Origin: a virus
IMG/VR virus record: IMGVR_UViG_3300027806_000001
Location: 1-64,000 of that record
Strand: one strand, 5' to 3'
Length of the DNA: 64,000 nt
In this document: one piece after another, positions 38,684 through 48,237 of the stretch
Position numbering within the stretch: the stretch's first letter is position 1
How the letters are laid out: every line of letters starts with the position of its first letter
Program-made: the position numbers and the translations under genes
The notes under the pieces: model-generated
What the model was told of the DNA's origin: nothing
Databases searched by the model: none
The model's input: the letters and a program-made list of their open reading frames with translations, nothing else

Positions 38684-39202
38684 TCAGACGGTGAGGTTTG
38701 CGGAGGTGAGGACCTTGGCCTGGCAGTTGGCGTCGCCGGGGTAGAAGTTGCCGTCCCAGGTCGGGAACCCCAGGTTGGCCGAGGTGGACGCCGAGGCGGT
38801 GGCCGGGGCCGGGTCGAGCCTAAGCAGGTCTCCGGTCTCGGCTCCGCCCACGGTCAGCTCGGCGTAGCCGTAGAGCTCGCCGCGGAAGACGCTGGAGGTG
38901 GACCCCGGGCGGGCGGCCTCGTAGGCGTCCAGGGCCGAGGAGTAGATCTGGATCGAGATGGACGAGGTGCCGATGGAGAACCTGGCCGGGGTGACGGAGT
39001 AGGTCACCGTCTCGATGATGGCGTTGGGGTTCGGATTTCCGACATTTCCGATCAGCCTGGCGTCATAGAGCTTGAAGACGACGTTCAGGACGTCCGCCGG
39101 CACGATCGTGTGGAAAAAGCGCTCCGTCGAGAAGGACATCTTGAAGTCCTCCCCGACGGGGATCGCCTGAAAAACGGTGTTGCTGGAATTTCCGGCGGAC
39201 AT
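38684..39202 (-). CDS. hypothetical beta-rich structural protein, 172 aa
   Basis: Track ORF in the gene-dense strand, with its own -10 motif. Confidence 0.6.
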   Translation of the reverse strand: MSAGNSSNTVFQAIPVGEDFKMSFSTERFFHTIVPADVLNVVFKLYDARLIGNVGNPNPNAIIETVTYSVTPARFSIGTSSISIQIYSSALDAYEAARPGSTSSVFRGELYGYAELTVGGAETGDLLRLDPAPATASASTSANLGFPTWDGNFYPGDANCQAKVLTSANLTV

Positions 39203-39214
39203 GAGCAGGCCCCC

Positions 39215-39223
39215 ATTATAGCA
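39215..39223 (-). promoter_or_regulatory. extended -10 TGCTATAAT
   Basis: Intergenic, 12 nt before the ATG at 39202. Confidence 0.55.
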
Positions 39224-39244
39224 GCCCCGGCCGGTTGTTTCGGA

Positions 39245-40297
39245 TCAGTGCAGCGGGTGGACCAGGACCTCGATCGACCAGTCTGAGCTGCCGGCCGCGG
39301 TGAACGAGATGCACCGGTACGGGGCGCTGCCCTGGTTGAAGTCCGGCCTGTGCTCGAAGGTGTAGTTGCAGTTGTACCGGGTGGCGGGCGTGCCTCCGTC
39401 AAGCTGGACGTACATCTGACGGCCGTTGGCGGCCAGGGCCGCCGACGAGGTGATGAGCGTGCTCGACGGGTTGATCAGGCCTGCGGGCTTGGGGTCGGAG
39501 CCGGAAGGATCCGGAACGAAGAGTCCGGCCGGGTTGGCCGTCGGGTACGACAGGTTCACGGCAGCCGACAGTGCCGCGGTCCAGTTGCTTGCCGACGACA
39601 CCTGCACCTGCAGGCGGTTGAATGAGAGGCCGACGGGATTGGTGGCCGCACCTGGGGAGGCTCCGGCGAAGAACACCAGGTCGTAGGCCGGCCAGTTGCC
39701 TGAAGTACCTGTGCGGTATCCCTGCACGGCCGTGGTCACGATCGGAACGCTGAACTCGATCACCAGCCGGTCTGGACCGCCCTTCTGCCGGACCGCCGTG
39801 ACGACGGCCACCGAGGTGAAGCCGGCCGCATCGCCGATGTTGCTGCCGACGGTGGCCGCCTGCACCGGATTGGTGAAGGTGAACGTGTCGCCAGGACGAA
39901 CCCAGTAGTTGTTAGACGAAGCGGCCCTGGCCGTGCTCGGCTGGACGTTCTCCAGGGTGGCCGAGTAGACCACGTGGATGCCGAGAGCCGGGGTGGCGTT
40001 GTTGGCGTAGACCGAGTTGCCGCGCAGGAAGATGTAGCTGTCGGCGTCGGACAGGCAGACGTTCGGAGCAGCGACCAGGTTGTTGGGGCTGGCCGTGGTC
40101 TGACCCTTCACTTCGACCTTGTGGCTCGCCGTGGGCCAGCCTGGGGTCTCGAAGAACACCGTGACGTTTCGGCCCAAGGCCTGGCCTGTGGCGGCCGGGT
40201 AGACGCCTGTGGCAGGGACCACCGGAACAGCCGCCGAGGTGGTGTCCCTGGCGACAAGACGAATGAACCTGGCAATAGGCGCCTGGTAGAAATTCAT
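39245..40297 (-). CDS. hypothetical beta-rich structural protein, 350 aa
   Basis: Ala/Thr/Ser-rich; lies between capsid and neck genes. Confidence 0.6.
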   Translation of the reverse strand: MNFYQAPIARFIRLVARDTTSAAVPVVPATGVYPAATGQALGRNVTVFFETPGWPTASHKVEVKGQTTASPNNLVAAPNVCLSDADSYIFLRGNSVYANNATPALGIHVVYSATLENVQPSTARAASSNNYWVRPGDTFTFTNPVQAATVGSNIGDAAGFTSVAVVTAVRQKGGPDRLVIEFSVPIVTTAVQGYRTGTSGNWPAYDLVFFAGASPGAATNPVGLSFNRLQVQVSSASNWTAALSAAVNLSYPTANPAGLFVPDPSGSDPKPAGLINPSSTLITSSAALAANGRQMYVQLDGGTPATRYNCNYTFEHRPDFNQGSAPYRCISFTAAGSSDWSIEVLVHPLH

Positions 40298-40326
40298 GGA
40301 GCTCCTCCTTCAAGGACGGGTCAGGA

Positions 40327-40719
40327 TCAGCTGACGGCGTCGATGTAGGCGACGAGCTCTTCGTCCGAGACGCCTCCGGCGAGGTCGGCCGCGGCCGCCT
40401 TGTTCATCGGGGCGACAGGGATGCCTGCTGCAGTGAGGCCGCCGTCGAGCGAGTGGTTCATCGCGGCGAGCGAGATCTTGATCTGGCCCTCGCTCGCGTG
40501 CTTGACGTTGAGGCCGGAGACGATCGTGTCGACGAGAGCGTCGATCGAGACGCCGGTCGAGACCATCGCCGCGAACTTGCCGTTGAGCTGCAGGGCGTGC
40601 GCAAGGTCCTCGGCGCTTTCGAACTTGAGGCCGTGGTCGGCGCAGGCCTTGACGAAGGCCGGGACGTAGTAGGTGCCAACGAGGGTCTGAACAGCTGCGA
40701 TCTTGGTGGTGTCGGGCAT
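40327..40719 (-). CDS. small head-module protein, 130 aa (start re-called)
   Basis: AGGA SD before the ATG at 40719; four K-x-A motifs. Confidence 0.7.
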   Translation of the reverse strand: MPDTTKIAAVQTLVGTYYVPAFVKACADHGLKFESAEDLAHALQLNGKFAAMVSTGVSIDALVDTIVSGLNVKHASEGQIKISLAAMNHSLDGGLTAAGIPVAPMNKAAAADLAGGVSDEELVAYIDAVS

Positions 40720-40760
40720 CTTGGATTCCTTGTAGGGGCGCATCGGGCGCCGGAGAGTGC

Positions 40761-40768
40761 ATTGTAGC
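40761..40768 (-). promoter_or_regulatory. -10-like GCTACAAT, overlapping a GTGCATT...AATGCAC inverted repeat (40757-40778)
   Basis: Intergenic, just downstream of the capsid terminator. Confidence 0.5.
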
Positions 40769-40806
40769 CGGAATGCACGATGCTGCAAAATCCGGATGGC
40801 AAGGAC

Positions 40807-40832
40807 AAGGGGCCCCCTTGCGGGAGCCCCTT
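40807..40832 (-). terminator. terminator-like hairpin after the major capsid gene
   Basis: AAGGGGCUCCC-GCAA-GGGGGCCCCUU (GNRA loop), 22 nt after the stop; weak U-tract. Confidence 0.65.
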
Positions 40833-40854
40833 GCGGTTCAGGTCAGGTCACCGA

Positions 40855-41832
40855 TCAGGTGAAGTCGACGCGGGAGAGGGCCGCGACGTTCGCGATGCCG
40901 CCGCCGAGCATCTCGTAGGCGTACCACGAGAGCATCGGACCCTTGCGCTCGACGAACATGGTCGTGTCCTCGAGGAAGTACAGGCGACCGAGGTACTCGG
41001 GCGAGCTGAAGAGGAACATCGTGTTGTCGCGGACGAGGTCGTCCTTGATCGTGGTGATCCAGTTGAGGGCGCACCACTTGTTCGCCTCGCCGGCCCAGCC
41101 GTTGACCATGATGTCCTGCGACATATCGCCGCCGACCTCTTCACGGGTCCACTTCTCGAACTCGAGCGCCGTCTTCTGGTTGACGAGGGCCGTCTGCGGG
41201 CGCAGGCGGGCGTTCGCAGCCATCATGATCTTCTTCGCCTCGACGACGTTCTCACGGGTGAGGCCGCCGGAAAGGGTGCGCCAGAGCTTGATGTTCGAAC
41301 CGTTCGGGCCGAACGGAAGGTCGACGTCCGCGACCATCGTGTCGTTCGAAAGGAGCGAGTTGCAGGTCTGGATGAACTTGCCGTCCTCCTCAGCCTGGAG
41401 GTCCTTCAGCGAGTTGTCGCTGATGACCTGGCGGATGTCGAGGTCGTAGTCATGCAGCTCCGCGACGTCCTTGTTGAACATCGGGGTCGCGATGCGGGCG
41501 AAGGTCACGAGCCAACGCTTGCCGTAGATGTAGGTGCCGGTCGGGAACTCGCCGAACGGGATCGACATCGCGCCAGGCGAATCGGGCTCGAGCTCGATCA
41601 CCTTCGACGGCTTGTCGGTCGAGACCTGCTTGGTGAGGTCGTCGCCGGTGATGGTCTGCGCCGGAAGGATCTTCCGGAGGAAACCCTCTTCGCGGAGACG
41701 CATGCGGATGAAGTCGGAAGTCGCCCGGCTGACCTTGATGGCCGACTCGGGGTTGAATTCCATGTCCTGGATGTGCTGGCGAACGACCTGGTTCGCGCGC
41801 TTCTCCATGTCTGTGAGATGCTCAAGGGCCAT
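40855..41832 (-). CDS. major capsid protein (HK97-type fold expected), 325 aa
   Basis: Order protease-scaffold-decoration-this gene-terminator; IRMRLREEGFLRKILP, RIATPMFNKDVAEL, DLQAEEDGKFI fit a capsid pattern. Confidence 0.75.
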   Translation of the reverse strand: MALEHLTDMEKRANQVVRQHIQDMEFNPESAIKVSRATSDFIRMRLREEGFLRKILPAQTITGDDLTKQVSTDKPSKVIELEPDSPGAMSIPFGEFPTGTYIYGKRWLVTFARIATPMFNKDVAELHDYDLDIRQVISDNSLKDLQAEEDGKFIQTCNSLLSNDTMVADVDLPFGPNGSNIKLWRTLSGGLTRENVVEAKKIMMAANARLRPQTALVNQKTALEFEKWTREEVGGDMSQDIMVNGWAGEANKWCALNWITTIKDDLVRDNTMFLFSSPEYLGRLYFLEDTTMFVERKGPMLSWYAYEMLGGGIANVAALSRVDFT

Positions 41833-41868
41833 CTGGTGGTACTCCTGTGTGGATTCGTGGTTGGGGGA

Positions 41869-42546
41869 TCAGATCGCCGGCCACCAGTTGACGTAGAAGT
41901 ACAGCATGGGGACGCCATACTGGTTCTTGACGCCGCCGGAGCTGGTCGCGATGCCGATGACTTGGTTCGTGTTCTTGGCTCCGGTCACCGCGTATCCGTA
42001 CGTGGCATCGGCGCCTGCCGAAGCAGCCCACTGACGGATCTTGCCGCGGCCCGCCGTGGCGATCGCGCCAGTCGAGTCGAACGAGCTCGAGGTGTCCGCC
42101 ATGAGGAGGTCGCCGGCGGCGATTGCCGAGGCTGCAACCTGGAAAGCGGTCGTGCCGAGCTCGTAGGCGCCGGTGCCGACGAGGCACGAGATGCCGACGT
42201 TGCCTGCGTCCGCGTCCGCGCCGGTGCCGCCGGTCAGGGCCGGGGTGCCCTGGGTGCGGGTAGCGCGCTGCGAGGCGAAGTTGCCCTCGTAGCGGACGGC
42301 GTCGTTGTCAAGCGAACCGCCGCGGGCGAAGAGCGGGATCTTGTTGACGCTCGCAGCGCTGACGTTGCCTGCAGCGAAGCGGTTGCTGGAGTCGAGGAAG
42401 CCGACCATGCCGGCCGTGACGGCGTCGACATCGGCCTGGCTGGCGCCTGCCACCGGGCAAACGCGCGAGAGCTGACGCTCGTCCCACCATCCGCGGACGG
42501 GGTCGAGCATGTTCCTGGTCATCTGGGTGAGTGTCTTGTAGGGCAT
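41869..42546 (-). CDS. putative capsid decoration/cement protein, 225 aa
   Basis: Directly upstream of the capsid gene; Gly/Ala-rich beta content; own -10 motif. Confidence 0.55.
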   Translation of the reverse strand: MPYKTLTQMTRNMLDPVRGWWDERQLSRVCPVAGASQADVDAVTAGMVGFLDSSNRFAAGNVSAASVNKIPLFARGGSLDNDAVRYEGNFASQRATRTQGTPALTGGTGADADAGNVGISCLVGTGAYELGTTAFQVAASAIAAGDLLMADTSSSFDSTGAIATAGRGKIRQWAASAGADATYGYAVTGAKNTNQVIGIATSSGGVKNQYGVPMLYFYVNWWPAI

Positions 42547-42577
42547 TTCTGGATCTCCGAATCAAAGGATTCGATGG

Positions 42578-42585
42578 ATTTTACC
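42578..42585 (-). promoter_or_regulatory. -10-like GGTAAAAT upstream of the decoration/capsid genes
   Basis: Intergenic, 31 nt before the ATG at 42546. Confidence 0.5.
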
Positions 42586-42605
42586 GGAAAACGATTTTGT
42601 TCTCC

Positions 42606-42986
42606 TCAGCCGAGGAGAGCCTCGCACCACGCGGCCGAGGACTGCTTGTCGCCGGCCGAGGCCGTCTTGCGAGAGGGAAGGGAGCCGGGACCGCCGACCG
42701 AGAGGTTGCGAGCAGAGTTGAGCTCGGCCTGGAGGCTAGCGATCTTGTTGGTGAGCGAGCCGATCGTCTTGATGGCGCCTTCGTCGGTCTGGATGAACGC
42801 CGCGAACTCATCGCAGCGGTTCGGGTCGAGGCCGGCGTGCTTGACGAGCTCCTGGGCGCAGGCAGCCGCCTGCTTGCGAGTCTCGGGCTTCGCCGGCGCC
42901 GAGATGGCGCTGACGACCGAGGGGACGCTTTCCAGGAAAGAAGCGATCTTCTCAATGGTGGAAGCGGGGATCTGGATCTTGGTCAC
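42606..42986 (-). CDS. small scaffold-like head protein, 126 aa
   Basis: Helical; five K-x-A motifs; C-terminal AWCEALLG resembles scaffold capsid-binding tails. Confidence 0.6.
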   Translation of the reverse strand: MTKIQIPASTIEKIASFLESVPSVVSAISAPAKPETRKQAAACAQELVKHAGLDPNRCDEFAAFIQTDEGAIKTIGSLTNKIASLQAELNSARNLSVGGPGSLPSRKTASAGDKQSSAAWCEALLG

Positions 42987-44494
42987 GACTGGATTCCTTT
43001 GTGGATCAGATTGAGTTCGTTGCGGAGCCGGCTGGCCGAGCGAAGGGTCTGGAACTTGGCCCCTGCCCGCTTGACCGCGCCGTCACAGGTCTGGAGGAAC
43101 GCGGCCTGGGCTGCCGAGAGCCTGCTCGGATGCAGCTTGCCGGACGCCAGGAGGCTGGACACCTTGGCGAACGAGCGGACGTCGGAAGCCTTCATGCCCT
43201 CCTGCTGCAGGAGAGCCATGAGAGCGGCCTCCTCCTCAGGGGCGAGGGCAGGAGCGCCCTCAGGGCCCATGCCGGCCATTTCGGCGTCAGGAGCTCCGCC
43301 GCCGGCCGGCATGGCCGCCATGTCGGCAAGCACCTGCTCGGCGTCGTCCGAGGCCTCCTGGCCACCCTCTTCGGGCGACTCGGCGGTCTCTTCGGCGTCT
43401 TCGTCCTCCGAAGGATCCTCGTCTACCGAGTCTTCTTCGGCGCGCTTACGAAAGGTGCCACCCTTACGGGCAGCAGCTCCCTTCTTCTTGAGGGCCTCGT
43501 TCTCGGCCGCGAGCTTGGCGATGAGACGGATGGCCGCCTCCTTCTCGCCTTCGTCGGCCCAGTCCGGAACGCCGTCGCCGTCCGCGTCGGGCTTCTTGTT
43601 GTCGTCCTTCTTCTTGGCCTTCGGCGGCATCGGGGCCGAACCGCCGGCGCCGCACATCTCGGCGAACTTCGGCATGCCCTCGCGCTCGGCGAGGAGGTCG
43701 TAGAGGGCGATCTTGGTGATCGTGTCGTTGAGTTCGGCGCGCTCCGCGGCCTGCTTCTGAGCCTGGATGGCCGGGAGGACGTGCGGAGCCGCGAACTTGT
43801 CCATGACCAGGGTGACGGTCTGAACGAACGACTCCGCGTCGCGCTCGGCCGCCGACTTCATCTCCTCGCGGGTCGCGACGAGCTCGGCAGTGGCCTGGGC
43901 GCGGAGGGCGGCGAGGTGCTCGGCCGCCATCTTGCCCTCTTCCTCGCTCGAGTCGCCCTCAGGGAGACCGCCGCCGTCGCCGCCGCCGGCCTCGTCGTGA
44001 GGAAGCTTGTTCTTGGCCTTCTCGGGAGCCTTGCCCTGGACGTACGAGTCGCCCTCGGCAGCCTGCTTCACGAGGTTGCGAAGCTCCGCGGCGATGCCGC
44101 TGGCCTGCGCGAGGAAGTCCGCCGCGGCCTTGCCGCTCGGATGCGAGGTGCCCGGGTCGTTGTGGTCGGCGAGGTTGTACTTGCGCTCGACCTCCGGAGC
44201 TCCGCCGGTCGGACGCGGATGAAGACCCTTGTTGTTGCCCGGGTCGCTTTCCTGCGTCCCGTTCTGGATCTTCTTCGCGCTGTCGGTGCCCTTCGGATAC
44301 ATCGTCCGGTTGGCCGACGAGTTCTCGTCGTAGCGCGTGCCGGTCGAGACCGACCGGGTCTGGTCGTCGTCGCCCGAGTCGCTGCCACTGGGGTGAGTGG
44401 TCTTGAGGATCTGCTCACCGGGATTCTCAGCCCGCTTCTGGTTCATGCTGCGGAGCTGCTCGACGAGCGCACGGTGTTCGATGCTGGTTGCCAT
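42983..44494 (-). CDS. scaffold/prohead core-like protein, 503 aa
   Basis: Low-complexity charged and helical; follows the protease; 13 K-x-A motifs by hand count. Confidence 0.6.
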   Translation of the reverse strand: MATSIEHRALVEQLRSMNQKRAENPGEQILKTTHPSGSDSGDDDQTRSVSTGTRYDENSSANRTMYPKGTDSAKKIQNGTQESDPGNNKGLHPRPTGGAPEVERKYNLADHNDPGTSHPSGKAAADFLAQASGIAAELRNLVKQAAEGDSYVQGKAPEKAKNKLPHDEAGGGDGGGLPEGDSSEEEGKMAAEHLAALRAQATAELVATREEMKSAAERDAESFVQTVTLVMDKFAAPHVLPAIQAQKQAAERAELNDTITKIALYDLLAEREGMPKFAEMCGAGGSAPMPPKAKKKDDNKKPDADGDGVPDWADEGEKEAAIRLIAKLAAENEALKKKGAAARKGGTFRKRAEEDSVDEDPSEDEDAEETAESPEEGGQEASDDAEQVLADMAAMPAGGGAPDAEMAGMGPEGAPALAPEEEAALMALLQQEGMKASDVRSFAKVSSLLASGKLHPSRLSAAQAAFLQTCDGAVKRAGAKFQTLRSASRLRNELNLIHKGIQS

Positions 44495-44515
44495 GGATTG
44501 GTGTCCTTGAAAAGC

Positions 44516-45868
44516 CTATTGTAGTTGGTTCTGGCATATCCCGCAAAAGATCATCTCGTCCAGGTCCGCGGCCTCGCACGAGGCCTTGATGCTCCTGAAC
44601 GCCTCCAGCTGGTACCGGAAGTACTCCCGGTGCCACCCCGAGTCGACCCCGCAGGCGGTCTTGGTCTGAGCGCCAGGCGCCGTCGCCTGGCCTACGATCC
44701 TGCCCATGATGGGCTGCACGACGCTCCGATAGGGCCTGAGCCTCGAGCAGAGCTCCGCGATCTTACCTGAAACCTTCATTTCCGAGGGCTCGTACAGCGA
44801 GCTGGAGACCAGCTCCTCGGACTGGAAGGCGGCCGAGCCGCGGTCCATGGCGGCCTTGTCGAAGGACGAGGCCTCGCCGGCCGGGATGCGGTTGCCGGTC
44901 ATCAGCAGGTGCAGCTCGGACGGCCGGAGCACGACGCCGTTGTCCGAAAGGCCCCTCATGACGGAGTCCAGGTGGACGGGGACGTAGGACGCCAGCTTGG
45001 CGACCGTGTCCTCGACCTCGTCGCAGGAATCCAGGAGGACCGGCTTGGCGATTCCCTCGATCTTCTTCTCCATGCGGGAGAGCTTCTCGAGGATCCGGCG
45101 CTTCTGCTCGGAGTGCTTGACGTTCGAGACCAGGGTGGCCTCGAGGAAGGGAATCTGGTCCGCCGAGTAGCCCAGCTCCTCGGCCAGGGCGGCTCCGCCG
45201 ATCGGGCCGGCGCTGGCCGTCTTCAGGGTGTAGGCCACACGGTCGGCCGGGCGGACCACCCTGGAGATGTCGAAGAAGGTCGAGTTGGGGTTGTCCACGC
45301 CGACGATCTTGCCGTCGTCCATGATCTTGCCCAGGGCCTCCTTGACGTGCCAGCAGTACTCCCTGGGGGTCTTGGCCTTGTTCTCGCAGATGGAGCAGAC
45401 GTCGTGGGCGATCTTGCAGGCCATGGAGACCGGGTAGCTGCCCTTCCTCTCCAGGAGGGAAAGCTCCTCGGCGCACTTGGTGTTGTCGAGCTCCATGAGC
45501 AGCTCGACCCGGTCCATGTCGTCGTTGTAGAGGGCGGCCTTGACCGTGCCGTAGCTGGGGTCGAGGGAGGTGTTCTTGTGATGCCGGAAGACCTTGGCGT
45601 GGCTGATGAAGGTCGGATGGTCCCTGAGCAGGTTGGCGCGCTTCCAGCCGTCGCCGTTGCGGTTGAAGCCGAAGCGCTCCGAGGCCGTCATGGCAATCGT
45701 GTGCACGGCGGTCTTGTCCCGGCCGGGGGTGTAGCCGTCGATCAGGCGGGAGAACATGTTGGCCCGCTTGACCTGGCCGGAGTCGAGGCCCCGCGAGGAG
45801 AACCTGAGGATCTCCGACTGGGCCTCGTCGCCGAGGTTGAAGTGGTCCGGGCTGAATGCCTTGATCAT
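44516..45868 (-). CDS. prohead (capsid maturation) protease with Zn-finger-like insert, 450 aa
   Basis: VFRHHKN (candidate catalytic His) and YPVSMAC (candidate Ser), then CSIC...CWH; upstream of scaffold and capsid. Confidence 0.7.
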   Translation of the reverse strand: MIKAFSPDHFNLGDEAQSEILRFSSRGLDSGQVKRANMFSRLIDGYTPGRDKTAVHTIAMTASERFGFNRNGDGWKRANLLRDHPTFISHAKVFRHHKNTSLDPSYGTVKAALYNDDMDRVELLMELDNTKCAEELSLLERKGSYPVSMACKIAHDVCSICENKAKTPREYCWHVKEALGKIMDDGKIVGVDNPNSTFFDISRVVRPADRVAYTLKTASAGPIGGAALAEELGYSADQIPFLEATLVSNVKHSEQKRRILEKLSRMEKKIEGIAKPVLLDSCDEVEDTVAKLASYVPVHLDSVMRGLSDNGVVLRPSELHLLMTGNRIPAGEASSFDKAAMDRGSAAFQSEELVSSSLYEPSEMKVSGKIAELCSRLRPYRSVVQPIMGRIVGQATAPGAQTKTACGVDSGWHREYFRYQLEAFRSIKASCEAADLDEMIFCGICQNQLQ

Positions 45869-45877
45869 GGTTGACCT

Positions 45878-46951
45878 CTATCGCCTGATGACGTTGCGGT
45901 TGTCTTGGGTCGCCTCGCCGCCGAGCAAATAACCAGCTCCAAATCCCGCCGCCGGAATCCCGATGTCAATGCCAAAGTTCAAAAGGCGTCCCGCTGTGCC
46001 GCGAGGTATAGCCCGATTGATCCGTCTGGGATCAAGAGCGTAACCACCTGCAGGGTAACCAGGCCTGAATACGCCGGCCCCGCCTGGCGTGGTTACGGAG
46101 ATACGACCGACATCGGGATTGCTCATATCTCGCACGAATCCCTCGGCAGCATCCGGGACCTTTCCTTGAACCAGGTCCTCGCCAATCACGCCTCCACTCT
46201 GGTTCTTGCTCTCCAAGGAGACGCTGCTATCCGCATCAGGGTTGCCCATCAGCCGAAGAGCTGCAACTCGGCCCGCAGGGCCTCTAGCGGAGGGTGGGGC
46301 CGCCGGAATAGGAGCCGCAGCGCCCTCGCCTGCCAGAGCGGCCAGACTTCCCGGCTGAGGCCGTCCGGGCTCACCATAACCATACATCCAGGCATTCTGA
46401 TCGTCGGCAATCGGGATGGGTCCAGCTGGAGATGAAGGCGGTGGAAGAGGAATGGAGTCCGGCGGCAGGACCGGCACCAGCGAAGGAGCCTTGGAAGCCG
46501 AAATGACCGACGGAGCCCGACCTCCGCTGACCGTAGAGTTGGTGGCTTGCGCAATCAGGTTGCTGAGGAGCGAACGCCCGGTCGGAGATCCAGGGATGCG
46601 GCCAGCTGTTTCCGCCGGAGAGGCGGCAGCGACCGGAGGTTGATCCGTGAAAGCCTCCCTTATCGGCTTCCGCGAAAACGAATTCCTACCCAGGGCCCTA
46701 TTCGTACCGACCCGATGAATCTGCTGTCCCAGGGCTCTGCCTAAGCCTGCGCCCCCTAGTCCGAAACCCCACTGCGCCCACGGGTTCTCCGACCCGGGGA
46801 CAGCCTCTTGCGTCACCGCAAACTCGCCAGGTTTTGGATCGGCTCCAACCCGGCCCTGACTCACGGGAATAGTGCGCCGGCCCTCCTGGGCCCGCTTCGT
46901 GCGGGCCTGGGCGTACTTGGCCATGATGTCGGAGATGTCGTGTCGGCTCAT
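45878..46951 (-). CDS. putative internal/ejection protein, 357 aa (start re-called)
   Basis: ATGA overlap at 46948-46951; Pro/Gly/Ala-rich, two Gly-rich hydrophobic segments; atypical codon usage. Confidence 0.6.
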   Translation of the reverse strand: MSRHDISDIMAKYAQARTKRAQEGRRTIPVSQGRVGADPKPGEFAVTQEAVPGSENPWAQWGFGLGGAGLGRALGQQIHRVGTNRALGRNSFSRKPIREAFTDQPPVAAASPAETAGRIPGSPTGRSLLSNLIAQATNSTVSGGRAPSVISASKAPSLVPVLPPDSIPLPPPSSPAGPIPIADDQNAWMYGYGEPGRPQPGSLAALAGEGAAAPIPAAPPSARGPAGRVAALRLMGNPDADSSVSLESKNQSGGVIGEDLVQGKVPDAAEGFVRDMSNPDVGRISVTTPGGAGVFRPGYPAGGYALDPRRINRAIPRGTAGRLLNFGIDIGIPAAGFGAGYLLGGEATQDNRNVIRR

Positions 46952-48237
46952 CGCGGGGACTCCTTGGCTGAATCGAGGCCGGTAAGCTTCGGCACGACCG
47001 AGTACTCCTTGCGCTGGTCGCGGATCCTGTCCTCCATCGTCAGCATCTGGTTCAGGGAGAAGTCGTCGATCTGCTGGCCGGCCTCGAGCCTGCGGCGAAG
47101 CATGGAGCGGAGCAGGGGCTCGTGCTTGGCGGCCTCCGGGGCGATCGAGACGATCTCCTGGAAGGACTGCTCGATGTCGTTCGGATTGCGGCCGGCCACG
47201 ATCGGATCGGTCTTGATCAGCTTGTGCAGCAGGCGGGCCTTGTCTATCCGCTCCAGCTGGTCCTTGAAGTCGGGCTCCATCAGGCTCTCGAGCACGCCCT
47301 TGCGGATCGCGTCGGAGGACGAGCCATGACTGGGAAACGCCGTCTGGATGGCCGAGCTGGCGGCCTCGGGGGCGATCATGTCCTTGATGCCGGACCGCTT
47401 CACGCCGGCCGCCTGGTCCAGCAGCTCCTGCCGCTCGATGCCGTTGACGTAGGCGTCGTGCTCGGCCTGGGCCACCTTGAGGGACAGGTTCCTGCAGTGG
47501 TCGAGGGTGCCGACGATCGCTCCGAGGGAGTTGACCTCCTCGACTCCGACCGAGAAGACTCCCAGGCGGCTCGAGGCCAGCTTGACGCACTCGTCCTCCG
47601 AGATCCCGGTGGCCAGGGCGACCGCGTCCGCGGCCTCCTTGCCGTGGCGTTCCAAGGCCTCGCGGGCCCACTGGGCCTTGCGGGTCCGGGAAACCGACGA
47701 GGTCTTGCTGCGGAAGTCCTCGACGGACTTGGCCAGGCTGGCCAGGGCCGACTCGTGGGCCGACCTGGCCTGCTCGACGGCAAGGCGCTCGGAGCGGTCC
47801 AGCATCGACGCCTGCCGCTGCATCTGGGCGAAGTCGGGCGCCGACGCCTGCTTGGACTGCAGGACGACGTCCTCGTTCCAGTTCGGATCCTCGAGGTAGC
47901 TGCCGAGCTCGACGGCCGACGCCAGCGGGTCCGACGCGACCTTGGACGGCAGGCTGACCGAATCGACCACCCTGCGCACCGCCTCCTGGGCGTCGATGAG
48001 CGGGAAGGAGTTGCCCCTCGAGTCCGTCGACGCGTGCTTGAAGTGGGCCAGGTGCGCCGCGCCGTTGTACGACTCGGCGGCCCGGAGGATGTACTCGGCC
48101 GGGTATTCGCCGTCGGATGCGGCCTTGACCAGGGCGTCCGTGGGGGCCACGCCCTGGTTGACCAGGGAGGCGGTCTTGCGGACCAGGCCCATGAGGCGCT
48201 CCTTGTTTGCCGAGGAGATGTGCTTCAGGTCGCTCAT
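46948..48237 (-). CDS. helical head-module protein, 429 aa
   Basis: Eight K-x-A motifs, six of them K-x-A-S; own -10 motif. Confidence 0.7.
   Translation of the reverse strand: MSDLKHISSANKERLMGLVRKTASLVNQGVAPTDALVKAASDGEYPAEYILRAAESYNGAAHLAHFKHASTDSRGNSFPLIDAQEAVRRVVDSVSLPSKVASDPLASAVELGSYLEDPNWNEDVVLQSKQASAPDFAQMQRQASMLDRSERLAVEQARSAHESALASLAKSVEDFRSKTSSVSRTRKAQWAREALERHGKEAADAVALATGISEDECVKLASSRLGVFSVGVEEVNSLGAIVGTLDHCRNLSLKVAQAEHDAYVNGIERQELLDQAAGVKRSGIKDMIAPEAASSAIQTAFPSHGSSSDAIRKGVLESLMEPDFKDQLERIDKARLLHKLIKTDPIVAGRNPNDIEQSFQEIVSIAPEAAKHEPLLRSMLRRRLEAGQQIDDFSLNQMLTMEDRIRDQRKEYSVVPKLTGLDSAKESPR

Noticed and set aside
40720-40788. Upstream GTG start of track ORF 40327..40788
   Set aside because: The extension overlaps a promoter-like motif and inverted repeat, while the ATG at 40719 has an SD.
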